Assembly (NCBI GenBank): GCA_964534375.1
Contig: CAZHPN010000063.1
Coordinates: 1 to 30,759 of the forward strand
Origin: an uncultured bacterium
Lineage (GTDB): Bacteria; Lernaellota; Lernaellaia; Lernaellales; Lernaellaceae
Direction: 5' to 3'
DNA: 30,759 bases
The translations under genes and the position numbers were made by a program. The notes beneath the pieces were generated by a model. The model did no database searches. It saw only the letters and a list, made by a program, of their open reading frames with translations, and was not told the origin of the DNA. Every line of letters starts with the position of its first letter. Positions within the stretch are counted from its first letter, which is position 1. Shown piece by piece: positions 8,656-17,336 of the stretch.

Positions 8656-9975
8656 CTACGTATCCGTTCGAGGATCGGAGAGCGCCTCCGGCGCGTCGTC
8701 CGCGTGCATAAAGCGATGCCTCTCGACGGTCAGAAAGTTGCAGCCATGTTGCAGGCCGTTGTCGGCAAGAAAGAAGCGGGTGCAACGCTGCACGTCCCCC
8801 AGATCGAAAAGTGACGGCTCGTGGAAAAAGTCCATCGTCAGCAGCAAGGAGCGGTTCGACGGCTTGGTCTCCTCGACTCGTCCGCCGCGCGTCATCAGTT
8901 GCACTAGGGCTCGCAAGTTTTTCGGATCGCGGAGAAAGCCGGTGATGTGCGTCGCCGGGTGGTAGCGATCAGGCGTTCCGAACAAGGGCATGATCAAGAA
9001 GCACCGTTGCGGTTTGAAATGAACCGAGCCCGTGAGCCGATGCAGCATGCTCAGGGCGAAAAAGAATTCCAACCAGTGGCGCCGTTTGATGCGTCCGTCG
9101 GTCTGCTCGCAGATCGCATCGAAGAGTTGGTTTTCGTCGATTCTGTCGTCGTCGGACAGCGCGTCGCTCCGGCCGAGCCGCCGCGCCGGCAATAACGAAA
9201 TCTGCCGCACCGCCGGAACTTGGAACCCGTAGCGAATGATTGCGCCCAATTGGTCGAAGTTGCGGTCGCGTTGGATCATGCAACTGATGCACGCGCTCAT
9301 GCCCAGGCGCGACAGGTTTTCCAAGACCTGCTCGCGGACGGCCGCCAATCCTGACCGGCCGCGGATCGCGGCAACCACGTCTTCATCCGGGCTGTCGAAT
9401 TGCAGCAAAACCCAGCGCAGCCCGGCCTCATGCAATTGCCGGCAATAAAACTCGTCGGCCAACTTGATGCCATTGGTCAGTAGTTTCACCAAATAGCCCG
9501 CCTCCGTCAGCTGGCGAATCCATTCGAACAGATCGGGCGACAGCGTCGGCTCGCCGCCGGAAAGATATACAATCGGCCGATGGGGAAGCATCCTCCGCAA
9601 CATCGCCAAAAGGTCGGCCAGCGTCGGGGTCGGGGCAGGGCGATTGCCGCCCGAATCCGCCAGACAGAACGGGCACTGCAAGTTGCAGCGCTCCGTTACG
9701 TTTGTGAAGACTTCTCGCATCAGCGGGCCCGCTTTTTCGGGCGCGGTGATGACGGGCAGCGGTTTCGGGTGCGGCAACATCGCCTCGATCAGTCGGTAGT
9801 AGGGCGCGTGACGCGACAAAAGGTTTTCGGAATAACCGTGGACGGGGCAGTTGCGCTGCAGCCAAACTGCGTCGTCGTGCACGAGCACTTCCGCCGGCAC
9901 GAGCCGCTGGCATCGTTCGCAATAGCCTTGGGTGTCGCGGATCTTCTCCGCGAAAAGTGTCCGAAGAAAACGCAT
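8656..9975 (-). CDS. Radical SAM protein with N-terminal Cys3His metal-binding domain, MJ0619/Tes (tetraether synthase)-family-like
   Basis: Start moved to ATG 9975, with an AAGGAG RBS right after the upstream stop (439 aa). N-terminal TQGYCERC-X20-CPVHG, NVTERCNLQCPFC, LSGGEPT, LLTNG, LQFD, and C-terminal MDFF..PSLFDLGDVQRC...DNG...GCN. Confidence 0.8.
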   Translation of the reverse strand: MRFLRTLFAEKIRDTQGYCERCQRLVPAEVLVHDDAVWLQRNCPVHGYSENLLSRHAPYYRLIEAMLPHPKPLPVITAPEKAGPLMREVFTNVTERCNLQCPFCLADSGGNRPAPTPTLADLLAMLRRMLPHRPIVYLSGGEPTLSPDLFEWIRQLTEAGYLVKLLTNGIKLADEFYCRQLHEAGLRWVLLQFDSPDEDVVAAIRGRSGLAAVREQVLENLSRLGMSACISCMIQRDRNFDQLGAIIRYGFQVPAVRQISLLPARRLGRSDALSDDDRIDENQLFDAICEQTDGRIKRRHWLEFFFALSMLHRLTGSVHFKPQRCFLIMPLFGTPDRYHPATHITGFLRDPKNLRALVQLMTRGGRVEETKPSNRSLLLTMDFFHEPSLFDLGDVQRCTRFFLADNGLQHGCNFLTVERHRFMHADDAPEALSDPRTDT

Positions 9976-9989
9976 TCTCAACAACTCCT

Positions 9990-11066
9990 TTAGCGCGCCG
10001 CTCTCGTCGCCCGTTGGCGCCCGGCGACGATGTGGGCGCCGTTCAACCACGCCTCCGGATTCAGCCGAAACAGACGGTCCAATTCGAAATACGGACCGGC
10101 GCAAAAACTCGAACAATTCGCGGCCGGCATGTCCTGGAACGCCCGCAAGAAGCCGGCCTCGCGCCCGTTGCGATAGGGCAGGTTGTGCGGAGCCAAGTTG
10201 CAAGGGGTGATGGTTCCGTCCGGCGAGATCGTGCAAAAATGGTCGCTGACGCCGCAGCGGCTCGGGCGCGGCGCAATCTCCGCCGAGTAGAAATCGCGCC
10301 AATAACGCAGGTAGAGATGCGTATTGGCCACCGGCCATCCCGTGCGTTTCGCGGCGGCAAGTTGAACCGCTGCCTGCGCCATGGCTTTTCTATCAAAATC
10401 GATGTCTGCGGGGAAGCTGTGCAATGAGCCGCAGAGAAGCACCGGTTGAAAAGTCGCCCAGAACGACATCCGGCGAGCGGTCCGCAGCAAATCCGGAATC
10501 GCCGATAGGTTGCCGCCCGTCAATGTGGTGATCGTCACCACGTCCTTCCCTTCGCGGACGGCCCATTCGATTGCCGCGAGGACCGCGGAGTGCGAGGTCC
10601 CGTCCTTGGTCGCCTCGTGCGTCTCGCGTTCGCCGTTCAGACTAAGCACCAACGCGTTGGCGTCGCGCAGGCGGTCGCGCCGGTCGATCACCAACAGGCC
10701 GTTGCTATTGACCGTAACGTAGATGCCTTTTTGGCGCGCGTGACGGATGATTTCCGGCAGGTCGTCGCGCAGTAAAGCTTCGCCTCCCGTTAACCCAAGC
10801 CGGCGCATTCCGCCGCGGTGAAGCTCGTCAATCAAGGGGACGATTTCACCCGTGTCCATTTCCTCGCAGGATCGGTCGCCGATCATACAGAAACGACACC
10901 GTGCGTTGCAGCGGTAAGTCAACTCCAGGCAGACGGATAAGGGAATTTTTTGACGCGAAAGGCGGCAACGCATGATGTTCCAAGCAAGACGAGTTGCCGA
11001 CAAGATCCAGCCCCCCGTACGTTTATACCATGGCAGGCGGCACGCGGCAATTCCGCGGCATTTCAC
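9990..11066 (-). CDS. Radical SAM protein with C-terminal SPASM/twitch auxiliary-cluster motif
   Basis: Up to 358 aa; start uncertain. PLSVCLELTYRCNARCRFC, LTGGEALLRDDL, NSNG, LSLNG...H, and C-terminal RCG......ISPDGTITPC...NCSSFC. Confidence 0.88.
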   Translation of the reverse strand: MKCRGIAACRLPWYKRTGGWILSATRLAWNIMRCRLSRQKIPLSVCLELTYRCNARCRFCMIGDRSCEEMDTGEIVPLIDELHRGGMRRLGLTGGEALLRDDLPEIIRHARQKGIYVTVNSNGLLVIDRRDRLRDANALVLSLNGERETHEATKDGTSHSAVLAAIEWAVREGKDVVTITTLTGGNLSAIPDLLRTARRMSFWATFQPVLLCGSLHSFPADIDFDRKAMAQAAVQLAAAKRTGWPVANTHLYLRYWRDFYSAEIAPRPSRCGVSDHFCTISPDGTITPCNLAPHNLPYRNGREAGFLRAFQDMPAANCSSFCAGPYFELDRLFRLNPEAWLNGAHIVAGRQRATRAAR

Positions 11067-11388
11067 GGACTTGCCCGCCGCCGGCTGACCGCCGTTCGCA
11101 GGCGCCTAGCGACAACATACGCCGTTTGCGCACGCGAGCGTCGTAACTGCGCGAATTCACAACCTTCTGCCCGCCCATCGTTCTCCAAGAAAGGCCAGCG
11201 TCGCAGAAATCAGTGAAGACAATGCAAACGGTGGGCTGGAAAATTGTTGGTTAGCGAGTTGCGGTCCCGCGCACCGCTTCGCAAGTCGCAAATGACCTGG
11301 CTTGTTTGACAACGTCCGCCGAACAGGACCAAACTATCGCCCGTAGGTCGCGTTTTTCACGGGACACATCGGGGGCGCCGAACACAGT

Positions 11389-12900
11389 ATGGTGCGAACG
11401 AATCGCTCTCCTGCATGGGTGTATCTTGGCGCCGCGTTGTGGGCCGGTTTCGTGGCAAATCCCTGCGTTGTGCTGTTTCTCACACACAGAGTTCACCAAT
11501 TGGTAATTTTGCCGGCGCTGGCGCCGCTCGCCTTGCTTTGGATTCCACGGCGATCCACTGCTGTCGGCGTGCGGCGCCGTCCCATTCTCTTTTTTTACGC
11601 CGTATTGTCTTTTCTGCCGACTACGGCTTTCTTTTTGTGCTGGGCCGCGGTCATATATTGGGAGGTCATTCTCTGGATCGCGATCGGCGCGCTAGGGTGC
11701 GCCGCGCTGGCGGGCGTTTCAGCACGGGTTCCCGGGGAACCGGGCTCCGTCGATACGCGCTTCGCCAGAGCATGGTTCGGCGGGATCCTCCTTCTGTTGT
11801 ATCTGGTCGTACTTTCTGACGCGCTCACGTTCAACTTTCCGAATCTCAGCATCAAGAATGACCAACGTGGATTCTACGATTCGCGGCTTCCAATCTCGTC
11901 GGCTCCCGGCGTTTCGGTCGTCGCGGCGGTTGCCCGCGATGGTCTCGTCCACTTTCGCAGCGGCCGCGAAACCCGGCACGACAACTACGACCTCCGCTTT
12001 GACCCCTATGTAATTCTTTCCCACGGCGACAACGAATTGCTCGTCGCCCATGAGTGGACGTCGATTGACAAGATCAATCTGGATTCGATGGACGTGCGGC
12101 GGCTCCACCTGCTGCCCACGGCGCGCGCGTTCTTCCTTGATCCGGTCGACGACGCCGTTGTCTATGTTGGCGTGCAGGCGGCGGACGGGATGCCGTCGGT
12201 GGCAGCGGTCGACATTAACGGGTGGACCGTGCGGCAAGTGGAACGCCAGCATGGACTAGGCGACGCCGTCGGCGAGACGCAGATCGCCGACGTTTTCGCA
12301 GATGCACAGTCCGTCTACGCCGCGACGATGAACGGCCTCCTAGCGTCGTTGCCGCGCGAGACCGGCAACCCCGTCCGTGTGAGCGCTGTCTGTCCGCCGG
12401 TTCTTTGCGCCGCCGGCCGTTTCTCGCCGCGCGCCCATCGGGCGTATCTTTTCGATTTGCTGCACGTGACGGCCGTCGACATTCCCGCGATGCGCGTGAC
12501 GGTCCGCCGCGTTCTCCCGTTCACCAACTACGGCGTGATGCTCCCCGAGAGCCGAGAACTGCTGGCCAACGGTTGGTCGAGCATCGCGGCGTTGGATGAC
12601 ATGTCGTTGCGCACAAAGCGCGTGGTCACGACGCAGTTCTGTCCCCGCGCGTTCGATTTCGATCCGCGCCGGAAGTGGATCTATGTCGTTGGATATTTTT
12701 CCGGCATTTTTCGGATCTACGACTATGAAACGGGCCGCTTGATCGGCCCGAAATCGTTATTTCTAGGCCCCTACGCTCGCGCCGTCCACTACTTCGCCAA
12801 ACGCGATCGCGTCTACGTGGGAACGTCCGCCGGCATTTTTGAAATAGCCCCCGACGTATTCGTCGGCCGCTCGCCCGCGGCCGCTCAACGCGACCAATAA
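11389..12900 (+). CDS. Membrane protein with C-terminal YncE-like beta-propeller domain
   Basis: 503 aa with about 5 N-terminal hydrophobic helices. The C-terminal blades FDPRRKWIYVVGYFSG..RIYD.ETGRLIGP..LFLG...GTSAGIFEIAPD closely parallel the end of 2021..3721. Confidence 0.7.
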   Translation: MVRTNRSPAWVYLGAALWAGFVANPCVVLFLTHRVHQLVILPALAPLALLWIPRRSTAVGVRRRPILFFYAVLSFLPTTAFFLCWAAVIYWEVILWIAIGALGCAALAGVSARVPGEPGSVDTRFARAWFGGILLLLYLVVLSDALTFNFPNLSIKNDQRGFYDSRLPISSAPGVSVVAAVARDGLVHFRSGRETRHDNYDLRFDPYVILSHGDNELLVAHEWTSIDKINLDSMDVRRLHLLPTARAFFLDPVDDAVVYVGVQAADGMPSVAAVDINGWTVRQVERQHGLGDAVGETQIADVFADAQSVYAATMNGLLASLPRETGNPVRVSAVCPPVLCAAGRFSPRAHRAYLFDLLHVTAVDIPAMRVTVRRVLPFTNYGVMLPESRELLANGWSSIAALDDMSLRTKRVVTTQFCPRAFDFDPRRKWIYVVGYFSGIFRIYDYETGRLIGPKSLFLGPYARAVHYFAKRDRVYVGTSAGIFEIAPDVFVGRSPAAAQRDQ

Positions 12901-13757
12901 AGCGTCAGCCACAGCGCGATGCCGAACGCCGCTGTCAAGTAGCGCAGGGCCAACCGTAAACGGCGCGGGCGCGACGAGGCGCGCCGCCATTCGCGACTCA
13001 TGATGGCCCATGCGGCAATGAAGTAGAGCGCGGCCGATATCAATGCCGCCCGCGGAAAAAAGTGCCGCACCGTGAGAAAAGCGAACGAGGCGGCAAATGC
13101 CAACAACGCGCCCTGAGCAACGCGCCGCGTCGATGCGACTCCGCACCGGACCGGCAACGTTGCACACGCCGCGCGGCGATCCGGCTCGACGTCCTCCAAT
13201 TCATGAAGGGCTTCGATGAGCAAAATCAAGAGACAGAACGGCGTGGCCCGCCCGACCCCCGCCCAGAGCCCGCCGCCGTCGGCCGTCCAAGCGATCAGAA
13301 ACAACACGCCGAACAACGCGCCGTTGCTGAGAAAACCGACGACGGGGCGGGTTTTCAGACGCAACGGCGGCGCCGAATACGCCGCTCCGGCAAGCACTCC
13401 GCCGCACGTCAACCACCCTGTCGGCGGTCTCAGGAACAGCGACAGGACCATCGCCATTGCGCCGGGCGCAATGGCCGCCGGCAGAAATACCCGCGCCGGT
13501 CGGTTGTTTCCCGCAAGCGGATTTTTCGCCGGCCCGGCGGGTTCGTCGAGTTGCCGATCGAAAACGTTGTTGATCCCATAAAGAAACGCGAGATAGAACG
13601 AACTCACGGCAAGGCTGCCTGCCAAAGACGCCGACAATCGTCCGGCGGCGAGATAGCTTCCCAACAGTGGGAGCCCCAGGAAATGCACCCAGCCGCCGAC
13701 GCGATAAAACCTCCCGGCGGCGATCAAGGACTCACCCCAGAAAGGTCTTGGCGGCAT
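12885..13757 (-). CDS. UbiA-superfamily intramembrane prenyltransferase
   Basis: Asp-rich motifs NNVFDRQLD and EDVEPD, plus KNPL, YSAPPLRLKTRP and TLPV. About 8 TM helices. Start moved to ATG 13757 because GGGAG lies about 8 nt upstream (290 aa). It overlaps the upstream radical SAM gene by 26 nt. Confidence 0.88.
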   Translation of the reverse strand: MPPRPFWGESLIAAGRFYRVGGWVHFLGLPLLGSYLAAGRLSASLAGSLAVSSFYLAFLYGINNVFDRQLDEPAGPAKNPLAGNNRPARVFLPAAIAPGAMAMVLSLFLRPPTGWLTCGGVLAGAAYSAPPLRLKTRPVVGFLSNGALFGVLFLIAWTADGGGLWAGVGRATPFCLLILLIEALHELEDVEPDRRAACATLPVRCGVASTRRVAQGALLAFAASFAFLTVRHFFPRAALISAALYFIAAWAIMSREWRRASSRPRRLRLALRYLTAAFGIALWLTLYWSR

Positions 13758-14745
13758 GCCACATGCTCCCGGCGTCGTGCATCGCCAGCAGGTTCTGTTC
13801 CACATACGGACTGATCGCGCATCCCGAACACGCGCGTCGCCGCAAACTGCGTAATCCTTGTGCGACGCCGCCTATCGCCAGGATCGACGGCTGTTCGTGC
13901 GACAAAAAGGAAACGTGACAAGGGGTGAGATGGCCATCCGGCGTCACATAAACAAAATCGCGTCCAGCAAGGCAGTTAATGCCGTTGCTGAAATCTGGAT
14001 AACGCAACAGGTGCTTCAGAAACGCGGGCGACGAGGCCAGCGGCAACCTGCGCCGGTCCGCGACGATCGCTTGGATCTCCCGACGAAAGGCCGACGGTTC
14101 GGGGCGAAGATTGGCAGGCAATTCGCCGCTGATGTCGCAGGCCGTCACCGGTTGCAAATACGCGCGCGCCCCGAAACGGGCCACGGACTGCAGCGTTTCG
14201 CGCAGCCGGTCGAGATTAAGCGCGGTGACCACGACGATGGCCGCCAGCCGCTTCCCCGCCCGCTGTGCGCGGTCAAGTCCGGCAAATAATCTCTCGCAAG
14301 CGCCTGCGCCGCGAGAGCGATCGTGAACGTCGGGCGGTCCGTCGAGGCTGAAGACAATTACATCGGCCTGCCGGACTGCTTCAAATTTCTCCTCGAGAAA
14401 CCAGCCGTTGGTGTTGACGCTGACAACATAATTCATTTCCGCCGCCCGGGCCGTGATCTCGCCAAGGTCATCGCGCAGCAGCGGCTCGCCGCCGCTTAGG
14501 CCCAATCGGACGGCGCCCAGCTTGTGAAACTCTTCGATGACGCGTACGACGTCACCGGTCGACATTTCGGCTGTCGGCAAATCGGGCAGACGACAGAATG
14601 CGCAGCGGAAGTTGCACCGGTGAGTTAGCAAGATGCCGAGGTTGGAGGGCCCCTTGAGTCGCAAACACGCGCGTCGCGCGAGAGCCTGGGCCAGGCGGTA
14701 TCCCGGGAGAAAACGACCTTCCCGCCGGGCCTCGTAACGCCGCAT
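13732..14745 (-). CDS. Radical SAM protein with C-terminal SPASM/twitch motif (paralog of 9990..11066)
   Basis: 337 aa. LTHRCNFRCAFC, LSGGEPLLRDDL, NTNG, FSLDGP..VHD..RG, CLAG......PDGHLTPC...CSGC. AAGGGA RBS upstream of the ATG. Confidence 0.9.
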   Translation of the reverse strand: MRRYEARREGRFLPGYRLAQALARRACLRLKGPSNLGILLTHRCNFRCAFCRLPDLPTAEMSTGDVVRVIEEFHKLGAVRLGLSGGEPLLRDDLGEITARAAEMNYVVSVNTNGWFLEEKFEAVRQADVIVFSLDGPPDVHDRSRGAGACERLFAGLDRAQRAGKRLAAIVVVTALNLDRLRETLQSVARFGARAYLQPVTACDISGELPANLRPEPSAFRREIQAIVADRRRLPLASSPAFLKHLLRYPDFSNGINCLAGRDFVYVTPDGHLTPCHVSFLSHEQPSILAIGGVAQGLRSLRRRACSGCAISPYVEQNLLAMHDAGSMWHAAKTFLG

Positions 14746-14987
14746 GAAAGTTCCCTTTATCTAACGCAACGCAAGTTGCCGCGGGCGCCGCGCCGCAGCA
14801 ATTCATCAAAAAAAGTAAACAACTTATCATCGCGGTTGTCGAGGGCGGTCTGGGTCAGTTCACGATCATGGGGAGGTCGATTGACGCTCCCGCGGCATTG
14901 CGAATGCCTCGGGGCGAAAAGCCCGGAAGAGCCGCAGCGCAAAAGCAGAGGAAGACGAAAGCCCCGGTTCACGGAGGCGCTACGTAG

Positions 14988-15235
14988 TTAATATTTCAGC
15001 GAAATGGCGGACATCAACGGCCCCACTGTTAGGGCCGCGCCCTGCACGGAGAACGAACTGCGCCGGACGCGCTGGTCGGCGAGGTCGCGATACCAGCGCT
15101 CGACCGTGTTCAGCCGCGAACGGAAGGTTGGGGCAGATCTCCTTATGACGGCGGCGCGGCAGGCAATCGCCGATGACCTTGCCGTCGGGCGTGCCCAGGA
15201 CCCGCAAACAGAATCCTGGCGCCATGGCCTGTGTC
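14988..15235 (-). pseudogene. IS630-family transposase remnant (frameshifted, internally deleted)
   Basis: Three minus-strand frames give HGARILFA / VLGTPDGKVIGDCLPRRRHKE / PTFRSRLNTVERWYRDLADQRVRRSSFSV...LMSAI. These match IS630-type HGT..LFAAL...G.VIG.C..RHRH.EF and PT..SWLN.VERWF..LT...IRRG.F.SV..L..AI. Confidence 0.8.
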
Positions 15236-15384
15236 GACTTGGCGACCTGGTCCGGCGCCGGCGTTCGAATCGCCGCGGTTGCCCGGGTCGACTCCCAGGC
15301 CGAGTGTCGCGGCCCCCGCGCATGACAGCCGGCCGAATGACTGCAAAAAACTACGGTCCTCGCGTCATGAAATCCTCGAGCGCG

Positions 15385-15413
15385 TTGACACGTCGGAGCG
15401 ATTTCGATAGCGT
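15385..15413 (+). promoter_or_regulatory. Sigma70-like promoter for the downstream GT-C gene
   Basis: Perfect TTGACA (15385-15390), 17 nt spacer, TAGCGT (15408-15413). Confidence 0.45.
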
Positions 15414-15540
15414 GAAACCACGGGTGGGGAATGTGTTGTATTGGCGGCCTTCCTCAAGAAAGGCCACTGATCGGAACATTCCGTTGTTCCGATCGGCGGC
15501 GGGAAAAAAATACGCCATCCGTGATTACCCGGCGCAGGAA

Positions 15541-16998
15541 ATGACTGGAAGCAAAAACCGACGACGCGCGCAACTTGAGCGAATAACGAAGTCGGGATTG
15601 ATGGTTGCCACCGGCCTGCTGCTGGCGCGTGAGGCGTACTGGATCCTGCTCGGCGCATTTAATGTCGACGAATATGAGAACCTGCAGATCCTTTGGCTGA
15701 TGCAACGCGGACTGTGGCCGATTCGCGACTACTTTCACACGCATTTGCCAATGTACAACTTTATTCTATATCCCGTTTTTGCTTGGTTCGGGCCGCGCGC
15801 CGACCTTCCGGGCATCGTCCGCGTCGTGTTCCTTCCGGTCGTATTGCTCACCGTCTGGCAAGTCTGGTGGCTTGGCCGCCGGGTCGGCCGGTCGTCCGGG
15901 GCCGCGTGGTTGACGACGACGTTGTTCCTGGCGTCGCCCTGGGTCGGAAACAGCTTGGTGGAGATGCGTCCCGATGTCTTCGGCGCCGCGTTCATGCTCG
16001 GGGCGACGATGTGTTTTGTCGTTTATGCCGAGAGCGGCGGCGAACGGCCGTTCTTTATGTACCTTTCCGGTCTGGCGTGCGGCCTATCGTTCGCAATCGT
16101 CACCAAGACGATTCTCGTGATGTTGGCTATCGCCGGCCTTTTCGAGGTATTCAACTTTCACGCGGCGCGGCTTCCGTCCGCGCGTCGCTGGGCGCGGATG
16201 ACGGTTTTCGGCGTCTTGACCGTCGCCCCATTCGGTTTCGCGTTTGTGGCGCTTCAAATGGCGGGTCTTCTGAAATCCGGCGCCATGCTCTCGGTTTTTC
16301 TCTTTCCGCAGAACATATTGAATACCGAGTTTTTGGTTCCTTACAGCAGGAGAACCGTCGAATTGGTCGGCCTTTCGACGTTGCCGGTGTTTGTCGTCGG
16401 CGCTGTTGACGCCATCGGCGTCCGTTTTTGGCGCTGGCGCGACATTGATGCGCAGAACGCTCCGGCAAAGCTCGTGGCGACGATTGCGCCGCTGGCGACA
16501 GCGCAGTTATTGCTGGTGACATGGGTGGCCCCGCACTTTTTTTTGCCGCTGGTGGCGTTTTTCGCGATGTTGGCGGCGCGACGCTCCTGGACGGCCGTCT
16601 CGTGGGCCTATCCCATCATCGTGGTCGCCGCGACGCTTTGTCTTGGCCAGTTCAATACGCGGGATTTTTACAAGGGGCGATCGGAACAAGTGGCGACCGT
16701 GCAAACGTTGATGTCCGCCGTGCCCGCCGATAAGCCGATATTGGATGCTTGGACCGGGTTTGGCGCGTTTCACGCGCTTCTCGGCAATTATCTCTATTTT
16801 CGGCCGTCGGTGCGCGACGACCCCAAGAATTCCTACGTGAGTCTTGTCGCGCAAACGTTGCGTCGACGCGGATTTGGCGCCGTGGTTTACGACGCCAGGG
16901 ATCCTACGACAGCAGTCGGCATCGAATCTCTGATCCGCAAGAATTATGTTGCGAGCGAGCGCCCAACCGTATTTTTCCCGAAAGAGGATACGCCGTAG
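15541..16998 (+). CDS. GT-C fold polytopic membrane glycosyltransferase (ArnT/PMT-like), homolog of 239..1951
   Basis: FNVDEYENL...GLWPIRDYFHTHLP loop after TM1, EMRPD motif and many TM helices. The start is probably ATG 15541 or 15601 rather than 15004, because the extension overlaps the IS630 relic and a promoter. Confidence 0.75.
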   Translation: MTGSKNRRRAQLERITKSGLMVATGLLLAREAYWILLGAFNVDEYENLQILWLMQRGLWPIRDYFHTHLPMYNFILYPVFAWFGPRADLPGIVRVVFLPVVLLTVWQVWWLGRRVGRSSGAAWLTTTLFLASPWVGNSLVEMRPDVFGAAFMLGATMCFVVYAESGGERPFFMYLSGLACGLSFAIVTKTILVMLAIAGLFEVFNFHAARLPSARRWARMTVFGVLTVAPFGFAFVALQMAGLLKSGAMLSVFLFPQNILNTEFLVPYSRRTVELVGLSTLPVFVVGAVDAIGVRFWRWRDIDAQNAPAKLVATIAPLATAQLLLVTWVAPHFFLPLVAFFAMLAARRSWTAVSWAYPIIVVAATLCLGQFNTRDFYKGRSEQVATVQTLMSAVPADKPILDAWTGFGAFHALLGNYLYFRPSVRDDPKNSYVSLVAQTLRRRGFGAVVYDARDPTTAVGIESLIRKNYVASERPTVFFPKEDTP

Positions 16999-17336
16999 GA
17001 AGCGGATTCCGAGGTCGGCCGGCCAGGCAGCCGGTTCGTAACAATCGCGCCGTTTCAGCAGGCGTTCGAAAACGGCGCCGTCGTATCCGACCGCTCTGAA
17101 CTGTCGCATCGGTGAATTTCAGGGCTTTTGTTGCAGACCAGCCGCCAAATGTTTGGCTTTTCTCTCCCGCGCTTCCAATCCGTCGACAATCCGCGGGACG
17201 CGGCCAGAATCATGCTCTCGCTGCCCCGATTGCCTGCTCCGGCGCCCCGCCGCTCCAACACGACTCAAATTGCCGAGTTGCCTTGGCGCCGCGCGCGTCC
17301 GGCATTTGACAACCGCAACGTCGCCAGCCTACGCTT

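Noticed and set aside
9976..10338. N-terminal 121-aa extension of ORF 8656..10338
   Set aside because: It overlaps the real gene 9990..11066 on the same strand. A strong AAGGAG RBS precedes ATG 9975, where the recognisable domain begins.
15004..15540. N-terminal 179-aa extension of ORF 15004..16998
   Set aside because: Arg-rich and not protein-like. It lies antisense to the IS630 relic and spans a TTGACA-17-TAGCGT promoter candidate.
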